In this document: positions 1 to 10,598 of the stretch, piece by piece
Layout: each line of letters starts with the position of its first letter
Position numbering within the stretch: position 1 is the stretch's first letter
Position numbers and translations under genes: made by a program
Assembly (NCBI GenBank): GCA_905250885.1
Contig: CAJNOQ010001136.1
Coordinates: 1-35,407 of the forward strand
From: Didymodactylos carnosus
Taxonomy: Eukaryota
Direction of reading: 5' to 3'
DNA: 35,407 nucleotides
The notes under the pieces: model-generated
What the model was told of the DNA's origin: nothing
Database searches by the model: none
Seen by the model: only the letters and a program-made list of their open reading frames with translations

Positions 1-2193
1 GCGTTTTTGCTTTAGCTCAATCAAATTAAGTTGGAACTTAACCATTTTCTCAGGGTTTATAGTACTCAACGTAGGCTTTCTTTTGGCCAAAGAACGGAGT
101 CTGTATCTACCAAGGAAGTTGAGTTATTGCAAAAACAAAAAAGGTCTTAAACTTTTGTGGAGCACTTTTACCGGTGCCGGTACCGGTCCTGTGCATACCT
201 AGTTACTACTACAGAAAATGTAAAGCAGTATTTTTTCTCGTGTAATTATAGAGTACCGTGCAGCAATGAAGTTAGATATTTGTCGCTATATGACTTGTGT
301 CATGAAATAGTTGATATGAGATGGTTTCCTGAAGCTAATTCGCCCGTAGAAGCTATGTTGTACGAGCCGGTATATTCTTTCAGAATAGATCTGCTAACCA
401 AGAATTTTTTTCTTGTAATAGTCAAAAAGTGTCTCGCTTGTGTTCGATGTTTTAAGAAAACTTCATCTTATACAAACAAGAAAAAGGACGGGTGCGTATA
501 AGCTAAAGAATCGTCCCAATTTTTTTTGTGCTCAGAATGGTCCTATGAGAAGCGGAAAACTATGAACATTTGATTTTAGCTGCTTTCGAGTGGTTATAGT
601 CGTTCCATCCACATAAGAACTTCATTTGGAAGCGGGGAGATGAGAGTGAGTGAGAAGAACTGAAGATCTTAACATCTAAATATCTAAGATTTGAATATCA
701 GAATATCTAAACATCTAGATATTATGTAAATTGCAGATGTTCACAAATCTGACCTGTCTCAAAATGATCTATTTACATTATCTTCACTGGCTTGCAAAAG
801 GTCGTTAAGTTCAACATACCGTGGATGACCAGAGAAAAATGTGACTTGTAGATCGTTTAAGCTAACTTTTTTCAAAAAGAAGAAAAAAACCATTTTTCTA
901 AAATAGTCTGTTTTAAAGGTGTTTCAATTCTATATAAATTGGTCTATTCATAATATCTTCACTGATTTGCAAAAAAGCGTTAAATCTTTTGTCGTTTTGA
1001 AGCAGTTGCAACCTGCTACAGGTTGCACTCTCCGGGTTCTCCGCGACCCTTTTTCATGAAACATCATTCAATGTACGAAAGGCCCTATGTGCAGAACTTT
1101 CTTGTCTTCCCGTTAATTCCGGCGATTTTGCCGATATGGCGTCTTTCGTAATTTGAATGCTGTTTCACGAAAAAGTGTCACAGAGAGCCCAGAGACGTCC
1201 CATTTTGTTCAGAAATCTTTTTTCTATAAGACAGAGTTATTCGCGAAGAGTTTCTCGAGGACTTGGTTTTCTGAGATTTGGGTTATCCAGAGATCCTGGT
1301 TTCAGGAATTTTTATGGAATCTTTATATATACCTCATCAGGTTGGAAATTCTTTCAGCTGAGCAAATGTTTTTTGAAATTTGTTTTAGCTACTATGACCG
1401 ACGAGAAGAATAGAAAAGAAACGTGGATGAATAATTTTTTGACCCACTGTATATTTAACGTTTTTCTTTTCTGTCAAATCCTCGTGATCAAACACTGCTA
1501 CGTCTATAATACAGTATCACATTTTTATCATACATGTCTCATAATTTCCAATCTGATAAGGTATATATAAAGATTCCATTTTCTAAGATCTTTCTCATAT
1601 CAAAACATTCACTGGGAAGTGAAACTGTATTTGTCTCTGATGTAGCGTGAACCGAATTAAGATAGTCCTTGGAGTATGGTTTCCAACTAGTCTTTTTAAA
1701 TTATCTTCCACTAGAAAAGGTGCGAATCTTCTCAAGCCTTCCGATATTTTCGGCTCTGAAAACATTTAAAAGAGTTGTACTATTGGAGAACTTTAGACAG
1801 TTTCATATTGCCTGAACAATCTGGAAATCTCTGTATTTGACACTTAAAGAGGTTATTGACAATTAAAAGTCTGAACTATCTTAATTTAATTTTCATGTTA
1901 TTGTTTAGCTAAGTTGAGTCATATTTAAGACCGATAAAATTAAAAACTTTCGGAGCTATCAAAGTGCATGAACTTTGACTAAAGTCACAGAGAGACACTC
2001 TTAAAACGATTGTTATCTGTGTCTCTCCACTGACAGTCTATAAATAAATTAAAAACATTAAAATTTATCATCAAAATTCTTTTTGTTGCATTGGCGACAG
2101 TAGGTAGTAGGAGATTATGATAATAACTGCAAATATTTTACTATCAAAATTTATACAATTGTACAAAATTGTTCTTATTTAGAGGCAATAAAC

Positions 2194-2250
2194 TTAACAA
2201 ACATAAAATTTTAATAGCGGTTAGCCGCTGTTAAAATTTTATGTTTGTTA
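2194..2250. repeat. 57-bp hairpin (25-bp arms, 1 mismatch, 3-nt centre)
   Basis: AACAAACATAAAATTTTAATAGCGG TTA GCCGCTGTTAAAATTTTATGTTTGTT. Confidence 0.7.
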
Positions 2251-3204
2251 TATGATTGTCATTTAAATAAGTGTTATTTTAAATGATATCAAAACGTGTA
2301 GCATAGTTCATTCAATATACTAGCTCTGTAAAGTGCGATGAATAACAATTTAATACTTTCCTAAATAATACAATGATTCATAATTATTGTTATTATACGT
2401 ATTTTGTATTGAATAATTTTGGTAATACCCGCTATATTATATGAACGTATCCCGCGTTTATTTAATATCTACAATCTTCACTTGTTTCTAGTTCAAACAT
2501 TTCGAATAAATAGACGCAAATTCATTCTAAACATTATCTATTTGCTGTTGATTTTTTGATGATACAAACGAAAAATCTATTGTACATTTATGATCACTGA
2601 AGTTTGTTACCTTCTATGGTTAGATACTAATCAGAAGCAATTATAAAAAATGCACCCATATTTCATTATTTTTCTTCACATCTAAAATAGCTGTAGTTAC
2701 GTGAATATAAGCTTTATTGAAAAAAACCCAGATAATCGAATCAAACTATAACCAAAAAAAGCATTCAAAAAAAAATAAGTTATTTACAACTACAACAATT
2801 AGAAAGAAAATATATTTTAGTAAAAAAAACATTGCATCCAATATTGTATTCGTTAGAAATGGCGTCTATATTGGGATTGGAAATGTGGCTGAGTAATTTG
2901 TCGTATCGATGTTATGGCTAAAATTAGTATAAACATAGAAATATATATTTTAGAAATTATCGAAAACTAAAATTAAGCATGAATAAAGTGCTAGAGTGAG
3001 ATAAATATGGATACATGAATACAGTTTTAAAATTTTAAAGTGGCATATATGCAAGTTGATGAATTAAAAAGAAATATGTGCAAAAAGAGGCTAAGCAAAC
3101 ATGCATATGGATGCACTTTATGCACTCCCTTTTCACATACCATGAAAATTATGAGCGCTGAATCCAAAACTATACAAAACGAAGTCATATCTCATAACAG
3201 TGCG

Positions 3205-3828
3205 TTATAGAAGAATGAAGTAAAAATTTACTTTTTTTTCCATTTGTAATTGTTGAATGCTTTTAACTGGTTGTGCGGGAAAAAATGCTTCTTTTGTTGG
3301 AGGTTTATTAACGCTCGAAACTGGTTGACCAAAAAAATCAAAATCAGCAAACGGACTTGTTACGGATGGTGGAGCCACTGGTGTTGGAGGTGAATTTTGT
3401 AAAAATGACTGTTGTTGTAGTTGTTGTTGTTGCATCGGATTTAGAGGAGACGGTAACAATGGCGGTGGCATATTAACCGGTGCAGTTTGCTGTTGAGGTT
3501 GAATAGGAGTCGGCGTTACACCGAATTGTGGGGGAACAGGCGATTGACGGTATTGTGGAGTTATACCGTATGGTTGTTGAGACTGACCTGGTATCGGCTG
3601 TTGACCAAATTGCGCTTGTTGTTGAAAGGAAATATTCGACTGATACTGTGGCTGTTGTGGTTGTTGAGGTTGCATGAACATCGGTTGAAATTGATTCGAT
3701 GGTTGGGTAGGTGCGTTGAATACTGACGATAAATCATTTGATGGTCCAGTCAAATTCGACGGTGTTGCTTGCACGTGTGGATTTGTACTGGATGTTGGCA
3801 CATTCCAAAGATCATCACTATCAATTAC
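3205..3828 (-). CDS. Dab-like terminal Q/P-rich exon (208 codons incl. stop; FADFDFF motif)
   Basis: Acceptor tatttttAG (AG at 3830-3829), in frame with ORF 3205-3801. Strongly Q/P-biased (QPQQPQQPQYQ...). The FxDxF-like FADFDFF and DPF-like motifs match the AP-2/clathrin-binding tails of Dab2-type adaptors. A further donor AAAAAA|GTAAAT near 3230 could extend the gene into a downstream exon. Confidence 0.55.
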   Translation of the reverse strand, partial: VIDSDDLWNVPTSSTNPHVQATPSNLTGPSNDLSSVFNAPTQPSNQFQPMFMQPQQPQQPQYQSNISFQQQAQFGQQPIPGQSQQPYGITPQYRQSPVPPQFGVTPTPIQPQQQTAPVNMPPPLLPSPLNPMQQQQLQQQSFLQNSPPTPVAPPSVTSPFADFDFFGQPVSSVNKPPTKEAFFPAQPVKSIQQLQMEKKVNFYFILL

Positions 3829-5405
3829 CTAAAAATATAAAATTTTATCTATATTCAAAATAAAACATGAATTCTAGAAAGTTTTTCTAATGTGATAAAA
3901 GAAGCGGTAAAATTATGAGAACTTAGTGATATTCTATGTGATAAATCAAAAGTGTTTCAGTATTTCAATAAAATTATGAAAAAACACAGTTCCTTTAGCG
4001 AAATTTTTATGATTCAAATTTTCACGAATCAAATTGAACCTCAATTGTTGTTGCTGTTAAAGAATTACGTACGTTAACACTTTTTGGTTGTGGTACTTGC
4101 GTTGGTGCAGGTGCTGGATCAAATCCAAACAAGTTCGTATTCGCTGGAAAAGGTTGATTCACTGGCGGTTGAACCGCCGCAGATGCTTCCCAAATACTTG
4201 GGGGCTGAAAAAAAATTGAAATTTTATTATTTGAGCAAATAATTAGACATTGAAAATACCGGCGCCGTTGTTCCTGAAGGAGTTTGATCGAAAAGATCAA
4301 CCGGAGGTTGAGTCTAAAAAATGACGAGAATATTAACCATAACCGAAAAGAATAAACCCTGAATCTAGACGCATTATGTGCCTGTTGAATTGTAGGTTGC
4401 TATTGTTGAATCAGTGAAAAAAAGTCTGGAATATACTCACCGGTACAGGTAAAACAGGCTAAAACAAGACGTTCAGCATTATGAAGCTAGACCAGACTTA
4501 TTTATGTACTTACCGGTGGTTGGGTTGTCTGCGGTGGTGTTACATCACTTGGTAATACCGTGGTTGGTGTTGCGGGTATTACAGGCGGCGTTACTACTGT
4601 TTCTTTCACTTTTTCAGTCCTATTGTTAAATTGTTCAAATGCTGTATCAAATAATTCTTTTAATGAAACTACAGTTAAGGCAGCCTGAAATTAACAAAAG
4701 GTATATATGCTTTAGTCTATTAGTAATCTCCTGTGTAATCTAAACTAACCGGTCGTTCTGTTTTGATTGCCCAAAACTGATGTCTGTCGTCGGCGGTATT
4801 GTACACATATCCAAATGCTCGTGCATCTTTCGGATCAGTAACCACAAATGATATTCGTTCAATTTCATGCGAGGCTACAGAAACCTATGTCATTATACAA
4901 TCAATTACGATGATAGTTAAGAGAATGATACCAAAAAACCTACCTTCGTTACTTCATCAGCTAATTTAACAGCAGACAGCGTTAAATTAATTTGAATTTT
5001 TTGCTTGTGATCACTTCTTGCTTTGGCGACAGCTTTTAATTTAAACATTGAATCTAAGCAAATTTTTTCATCACGATCGACTGATAAGTCCTCAGTACCT
5101 AAAAGATAATGAATAAGAATGAAATAACTTTAAACCTATTAAGCTATTTTACAAGATTAAAGCAAGATGTTATGCCAACACTTTCTTTATTTTAAATCTA
5201 TTACCCGACAAACTTTAGAATCTTGTTACTTACCAATAAGTTTTCCCTTAAATACCACACCATCTCCATCGAATTTTGTTGCTCCTGTAAGAAAAAGAAG
5301 TATAGAGGATGCTACAAAAAGAAAGTTAAATCTAGAAATACCAGGTGTCGATGGTTTTTTGGGTTCGTTATTATTCACGGTTGGAACTTGATCAACAGTT
5401 GTCAT
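3205..5405 (-). CDS. Gene span: Disabled/Dab-like PTB-domain adaptor (7-exon model, ~480 aa) with Q/P-rich C-terminal region
   Basis: Spliced minus-strand translation: MTTVDQ...KFDGDGVVFKGKLIG | TEDLSVDRDEKICLDSMFKLKAVAKARSDHKQKIQINLTLSAVKLADEVTK | VSVASHEIERISFVVTDPKDARAFGYVYNTADDRHQFWAIKTERP | AALTVVSLKELFDTAFEQFNN... This matches the Dab1/Dab2 PTB core (KLIGIDEV..DKLCQDSMMKLKG..KQKIFLTISFGG..HEISYIAKD..RAFGYVC..HRFVAIKT..LRDLFQLIYE). All junctions are GT-AG and frame-consistent. The C-terminal exons are Q/P-rich with NLFGFDPAP and FADFDFF motifs. Confidence 0.7.
4073..4204 (-). CDS. Dab-like exon (PPSIWEASAAVQPPVNQPFPANTNLFGFDPAPAPTQVPQPKSVN)
   Basis: Acceptor ttttttcAG (AG at 4206-4205). 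Donor AAC|GTACGT at 4072-4071 lies upstream of the in-frame stop at 4022. Contains a DPF-like FGFDP motif. The alternative is that the CDS simply ends at the 4022 stop. Confidence 0.5.
4260..4313 (-). CDS. Dab-like tentative micro-exon (TQPPVDLFDQTPSGTTAP)
   Basis: 54-nt segment that keeps frame, flanked by tttttAG and CCG|GTATTT. Supported only by splice-signal geometry and composition. Confidence 0.35.
4514..4684 (-). CDS. Dab-like exon 4 (PTB C-terminal helix, then a P/T-rich linker)
   Basis: Acceptor aatttcAG|gctgcc and donor CCG|GTAAGT. 171 nt. Encodes AALTVVSLKELFDTAFEQFNNRTEKVKETVVTPPVIPATPTTVLPSDVTPPQTTQPP. Confidence 0.7.
4750..4884 (-). CDS. Dab-like exon 3 (PTB core: HEIERISFVVTDPKDARAFGYVYNTADDRHQFWAIKTERP)
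   Basis: Acceptor acatAG|gtttct and donor CCG|GTTAGT. 135 nt, phase 0/0. Carries the Dab-family RAFGYV and FxAIKT signature. Confidence 0.75.
4944..5098 (-). CDS. Dab-like exon 2 (PTB domain N-terminal half)
   Basis: Acceptor ttatcttttAG (AG at 5100-5099) and donor AAG|GTAGGT (GT at 4943-4942). Phase 1 in, phase 0 out. Encodes (G)TEDLSVDRDEKICLDSMFKLKAVAKARSDHKQKIQINLTLSAVKLADEVTK. Confidence 0.75.
5234..5405 (-). CDS. Dab-like exon 1 (first ATG at 5405-5403, MTTVDQ...; ends phase 1 at donor G|GTAAGT)
   Basis: ATG in a caaaaATGa context. The upstream 'M' at 5444 in the ORF track is actually TTG. The exon codes KFDGDGVVFKGKLIG, homologous to Dab1 RFKGEGVRYKAKLIG. Donor GT is at 5233-5232. 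Confidence 0.55.
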
Positions 5406-6708
5406 TTTTGTATAACTTGCAATTGATTCTAAGTAAATAAGCAAAACATATTCATTTATAACTAATGGGATAGAAATACAACTATCAGTAAACCAAAAAC
5501 GGGTGCTCCTGCAACTTCAGAACTTACGATTTAGCGTATTATTACAATATAAACAGACAGGCAAAATTTATTTCGTTTTTTGTCATTTAACCTTGCGCTT
5601 GAGTGTTGAAAAAAAAAGAAGAAAATACTTAGATAAGAATTTTCAAAGGAGAAGAGTAAAAACGAGAGGACAACAAAGTGTAAATATCTGCATCTCTTTT
5701 GAAAAAGATAAAAACTATTATGGAGATGTTGTATATATGCGTGGTTAGTTATGATAGAAAAAAATGTGAAGAAAAAAATATATAAGAATACCATGTTTTC
5801 TTCTCAAAAATCACTGATTAGAAAGGGACAAAAGAATTTTTATAACACGCGGAAGTAAATAATGTTGAACTTTTGAACTTCAATATAAACTTTTATGTGT
5901 AAAAAAAATAATAAATAATAAATTCCCGATAATAGGTCAACTTCAATTTACCTTTTATAATCGTTTACGCAGATTAGAAGACTAGTCTGCAACATACAAC
6001 GTGAAACACATTATAGAATTATTATAAAAGAGCTTAATCTGTTATACTATTTGATTTTAAGCGTTTTTCGTTTGATATCATTTTTACCCCCTGAATTATC
6101 AGTATCTTACTAGCGTTGCTGACAAGTCTGAATTAATATTGCAACGTTAACTATTCAAAGAATTTTTTTATAAAATTCGTCTGAAGTAAATTCCTAAATC
6201 ATTATAAAAAAAATGTTCATTGTTAGGTTATTGGGAAATTTGTACTCATTAAATGTATAATCTTCAATTTGTTTTTCTGGGACTTTTACCGTGCCATAAA
6301 CAAGCCACTGATGAAATCAACAGCACCTCTTCTTCAAAAGCCGTGTTATTATTATAAAATTTTTCACGACCCCTCTAAAAGAATTTCTCTAGATTTTTCT
6401 ATCCAATCTTCTCGATGCTACCAAAATAGCAGTAAAAATTCTGTAGAATGTCATCGAACCATCTAGCAGATGAAAAAAAGCTGCTCGCAATAGAAGAGTA
6501 TCTGATTTTCTACTCTTGCTAGAAGCAGTATACCATCTCGAATCAAAAATACTGTAAAAGATATAAAGAAAGATCGCTCGTACAAATCGTATCGTATTAA
6601 GAATGGCTTTACTCAGGCAGATAGGTATGTATTTAGCTTAAATTGAAATTCAATGTACATATAATATTCCTGTTGCGATACTTAAGGAATTTATTAAATA
6701 AAAAATTT

Positions 6709-7135
6709 TTGAATATCTAGACTACTTGAGTATACATTGACGGAGTGTTGTATTTTTAAACGACTACTAAAGTTCAGGATAGACCTTGTTGTTCTTTATT
6801 TCTAAAAGAACTAACTGCTTTATGGATTAATACTATAAGTAAGTTACGGTATTTCGATATAGCAACGATCCGAATACTACGACAGAAGGTAAAATTGTTC
6901 TTCACGATCGTATGGAATCTTTTCACAAGAACTTTTAGTGGTCAACAAACAAAACTTTTCAGAGACTTTCAATAGTCAAAAAGACTATAAGATTAAGGAA
7001 ATGGGACGAAATACTGTTCATATTGGATAGTATCAAAAACGTTTCTAAGAGTAGTTGTCAATCGCAAATCCATCTCCTTTTCGCCATAGAAGAAAGAAAA
7101 GAAAACAGAATATAGAGAGAGAATAAACAATAGTA
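6709..7135 (+). repeat. Left TIR of the 3.9 kb element
   Basis: Direct comparison with rc(10168-10598). Confidence 0.8.
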
Positions 7136-9093
7136 AAGGATTATACAAAAAACGTGATGCTTGCTCATGATAGCCTATTATTAACTGGAATTATGTTTTT
7201 TAACAACAAAAGGACGACAAGAAAGTTAAACAGAAAAATTGTGTAAGAGTTCAAGCAAAACAGTTCATATCATCACACTTAAATACCCTTAGCATTTATC
7301 TCTTCTTAAAATCGAAAATCAACCTATCAAAATGTTTGATAACATCAGAACTGGCTTTACTCCGAAATAAAATTAGAGTCAGGACAAAAACAGTGAAAGG
7401 TTGCATCGTTATGAGAACCGCGCGTATCGATCTTTGTCTACACGAACAACATGTTGATTTCTTTTGATATTATTAACTTACTTAGTGCGCTAGCCGATAA
7501 TTTCATAGTTAATATTTATTTGATTAATTGCTCTTCATGAAATATTTACAAACTTGCTGCAAATAATGATGCCCGCTATAACTAATCACACCAGTATACG
7601 AAAAATTAATATATATACATGCAAAGTGGTTTAGTTTTATTTTTTGTTTCATTTTAATCCAGTATGTTACATACAGTGTATGAGATAAAGGTTGAAAACT
7701 TTATCAGTTTCAAATTACAACCCCATCTTTTTTCTTCTTCTTATAATACTTTAAAACTTATACCTTGTAAAGAGTAATGTTCGTGAAGAGCAGTCCATCT
7801 GGATCATTCAACGCCACTGAAATCGGAAAAATATGCGTTTTCTATATCCATACGTTGTTATTTTACTTACTTTTATTGAAAAATATTTTCTTTTATTTAC
7901 ATACAACAATCAAGAAAAATGCTATTTTTCTTTATATAAAACTACGATTTGTACGTAACAACATTGTAGCAATCGCATACGAAAATTCTAAAGAGATACG
8001 CCTCAGCTTTTATGCATTTACTTATATCTCTGTAGTGGTCGTCCACCTTCCTTCTGCGATTTAGTATTGTATCAGTCCACACAGCTACTTATAAGTGATT
8101 TTTTTTCAAAAACGCTTTTCCGAACCTAACACGACGTAACTTACCGTTAAATCATATATACAACCTTTTTCAAAAGGTAGTGCAAACCGGCAAAACGCGC
8201 TGTTCCATTCCAACAGCTTATACGTCATAAAAGCTCTAGTTATTCATGTCATAATACACACGATTACGCGATAAATTATGAACTTAGGCAATGCTGTTGT
8301 TCGTGCAAGTGGATCGCTTTGTTGATGTGGTGATAGTGAACGGAGTACATGAAATAAAATGAAGAAATATAAAACGATCCAGTTCCTGAGATCGGAACAG
8401 GAAAAGTAACTATTACCTTCGATCTGACATGAAAAATACGAGGATGACACGATGAACTGTATCTAATACAGAGTTTGTTGACAAACTCTAATTTTGGGCC
8501 ATCAATCTGGTGATCACTATTAAAATTCACAATCAATATGCTAGGAGTACTTGAGCGTGCCGTTACAAAACACATATTCGAGAGTAACACATTATTGTGG
8601 TAAAGTGGTAACTATTTCTTCATACAAGGAGTGTGATTTACTTATTTATTTAGTATCGGTATCAACTGTTGGGTAAAATGATCATCTGTACAATAAATAA
8701 TTTGGCAAGGAATGAGACAAGATATAAAACTTACAAAGGTTTCGAGACCATACTGCTAGGTTAAGAGTACCAATATCATTTATAGGAACAAAATTAAAAA
8801 ATGTCAAAATACTTTTGCCGAATTATTTACTGAAAAACAATTCAAACTGAGATTCGAAGCATCGGAACGCGCATCATAGATATCTTCTGTAAATGGACAA
8901 CTATCGCGAATATCTTCGATAGCATGGATGATCCAGAGGTGAGCAACTCCGGCTAGGTACAGCTCTAACTCAACTCCAACACTAGCTCTGCTAAGCAACC
9001 TAAACCCAACTCCAACTCCGTTTCAACTCCGAAGTGAAATCTATTCGTTCTTTTTCCTTCAGCGTGATGTGAGGTGTATCATTAGGCATGCAT

Positions 9094-9289
9094 CAGTTAC
9101 AGTTAACTGTAAAACTATAACTGTCATAACTGTAGGTAAATATTCTAGAGTGAGTCAGTCTTCTATGATTTGCATACATTTTAAGAACAGAGACATCCTT
9201 AAAATGTATGCAAATCGTACTAGACTAATCACTCTAGAATATTTGCCTACAGTTATGACAGTTACAGTTTTCACAGTAACAGTTAACTG
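9094..9289. repeat. Nested palindrome / long hairpin (outer arms ~60 bp, inner perfect 19-bp stem 9167-9185 / 9198-9216, 12-nt loop)
   Basis: Outer arms: CAGTTACAGTTAACTGTAAAACTATAACTGTCATAACTGTAGGTAAATATTCTAGAGTGA versus TCACTCTAGAATATTTGCCTACAGTTATGACAGTTACAG...TAACTG. Inner stem GATTTGCATACATTTTAAG / CTTAAAATGTATGCAAATC is exactly complementary. Confidence 0.8.
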
Positions 9290-9319
9290 GTAAAAAACTG
9301 TAACTGTTGCATACCTATG

Positions 9320-9595
9320 TATCATAGAGAGGTGCAGAATCTACCCGTTTGCGCCGACGACCGTTGAGAGAAAAAAACATTTTTTGGGGCAAAGTTTTGG
9401 AAAAACGAAGAATTATACGAAAATGCCAGAACCAGACATGTGTGATTAAACAGAAACAGTAGTTTTAGCAACAATAAAATCGCATTGTTTTGTTTCTACT
9501 TTTGTTTCATGCCAGGAAAATTTGATTATAATCTTTTACCCTTCGGGGAAATTTCCTAATCTCACGGGTAGATTCTGCACCTCTGGTATCATATG
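9320..9595. mobile_element. Small MITE-like unit (~275 bp) with ~32-bp TIRs nested inside the 3.9 kb element
   Basis: 9320-9352 ATGTATCATAGAGAGGTGCAGAATCTACCCGT versus rc(9560-9595) ATATGATACCAGAGGTGCAGAATCTACCCGTG. Confidence 0.55.
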
Positions 9596-9920
9596 TTATT
9601 ATATGCTGAACACACGTTTGTATCTCTCGCGACAAAAATAGATAAAAACCAAACAAAAGAAACTCTCGTGAAGAAAAGGAAATGGGACTAAAGAAATTGT
9701 GAACGAGACTTTTGGAGTTTGAGTTGACAAAATCTGTCATCAACTCAACTCTGGTCGTTTAGAAAGCAAACTTTAACTCTGCAAAAAAGACGCTTAACTC
9801 CGGAGTTGAGTTGTCCAGCTCGGGGACGATCAGCTGAAAACAAAATCTCTATAATTTGATTATTCTGTTAATGGGAAAAAGTCAAGGGGGAAAAAGCAAC
9901 ACTTCACTACACTATAAGGA

Positions 9921-10080
9921 CTTGTCCGCTATACCTCACTACACATCCACTATACCCCACTACATCTCACTATACCCCACTACGTCTCACTACACATCTA
10001 TTACATCCCCGTAACCACTACAAAGTCAGTACAAGGTCACTACCATAGTGGAAAAAGTGTAGTGTAGTGCAGTGTAGTGT
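9921..10080. repeat. ~10-bp minisatellite (CACTAYAYMYC units, ~12 copies) ending in its own inverted complement GTGTAGTGTAGTGCAGTGTAGTG
   Basis: Runs like ctcactacacatccactataccccactacatctcactataccccactacgtctcactacacatc ... then gtgtagtgtagtgcagtgtagtgttg. Confidence 0.7.
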
Positions 10081-10167
10081 TGTTTTTTCCGCCTTAGAAA
10101 AAGTCCAATTATCTCATGTTTCTTGTTTTCAACCACAACAAAAGGAGATGTACAAGCAAACAAACTA

Positions 10168-10598
10168 TACTATTGTTTATTCTCTCTCTATATTCTGTTT
10201 TCTTTTCTTTCTTCTATGGCGAAAAGGAGATGGATTTGCGATTGACAACTACTCTTAGAAACGTTTTTGATACTATCCAATATGAACAGTATTTCGTCCC
10301 ATTTCCTTAATCTTATAGTCTTTTTGACTATTGAAAGTCTCTGAAAAGTTTTGTTTGTTGACCACTAAAAGTTCTTGTGAAAAGATTCCATACGATCGTG
10401 AAGAACAATTTTACCTTCTGTCGTAGTATTCGGATCGTTGCTATATCGAAATACCGTAACTTACTTATAGTATTAATCCATAAAGCAGTTAGTTCTTTTA
10501 GAAATAAAGAACAACAAGGTCTATCCTGAACTTTAGTAGTCGTTTAAAAATACAACACTCCGTCAATGTATACTCAAGTAGTCTAGATATTCAAGAAT
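10168..10598 (-). repeat. Right TIR of the 3.9 kb element
   Basis: Reverse complement of 6709-7135. Confidence 0.8.

Larger units (their letters stand above)
6709..10598. mobile_element. ~3.9 kb nonautonomous element bounded by ~428-bp terminal inverted repeats; no transposase ORF
   Basis: 6709-7135 is the reverse complement of 10168-10598 at more than 95% identity. For example, 7047-7106 ttctaagagtagttgtcaatcgcaaatccatctcc... equals rc(10201-10260). Both termini read TTGAATATCTAGACTACTTGAGTATACATTGA. The interior (7136-10167) has only short junk ORFs and is built from nested inverted repeats. Confidence 0.8.

Noticed and set aside
669-720. ATATCTAA-type short tandem repeats resembling the 3.9 kb element terminus (TTGAATATCTAG)
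   Set aside because: The similarity is limited to 9-10 nt of low-complexity sequence. It is not convincing as a TIR remnant.
1005-1028. 11-bp inverted repeat GTTGCAACCTG cta CAGGTTGCAC
   Set aside because: A real small hairpin, but short and isolated. Noted as minor.
157-1570. ORFs 157-501, 1153-1413 and 1157-1570 (+) in the first 3 kb
   Set aside because: They sit in AT-rich sequence, overlap one another in different frames, and lack splice-consistent neighbours or recognisable motifs. Most likely chance ORFs.
5226-5444. ORF-track start 'M' at 5444 for the Dab-like first exon
   Set aside because: The codon at 5444-5442 is TTG, not ATG. The track evidently labels alternative starts as M, as it does for the GTG at 3801 and at 29525. 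The first real ATG is 5405-5403.
7777-8590. ORFs 7777-8064 (+) and 8276-8590 (-) inside the 3.9 kb TIR element as a possible transposase
   Set aside because: Low-complexity translations (poly-L/F/Y) with no DDE, HTH or other transposase signature. The element is better described as nonautonomous.
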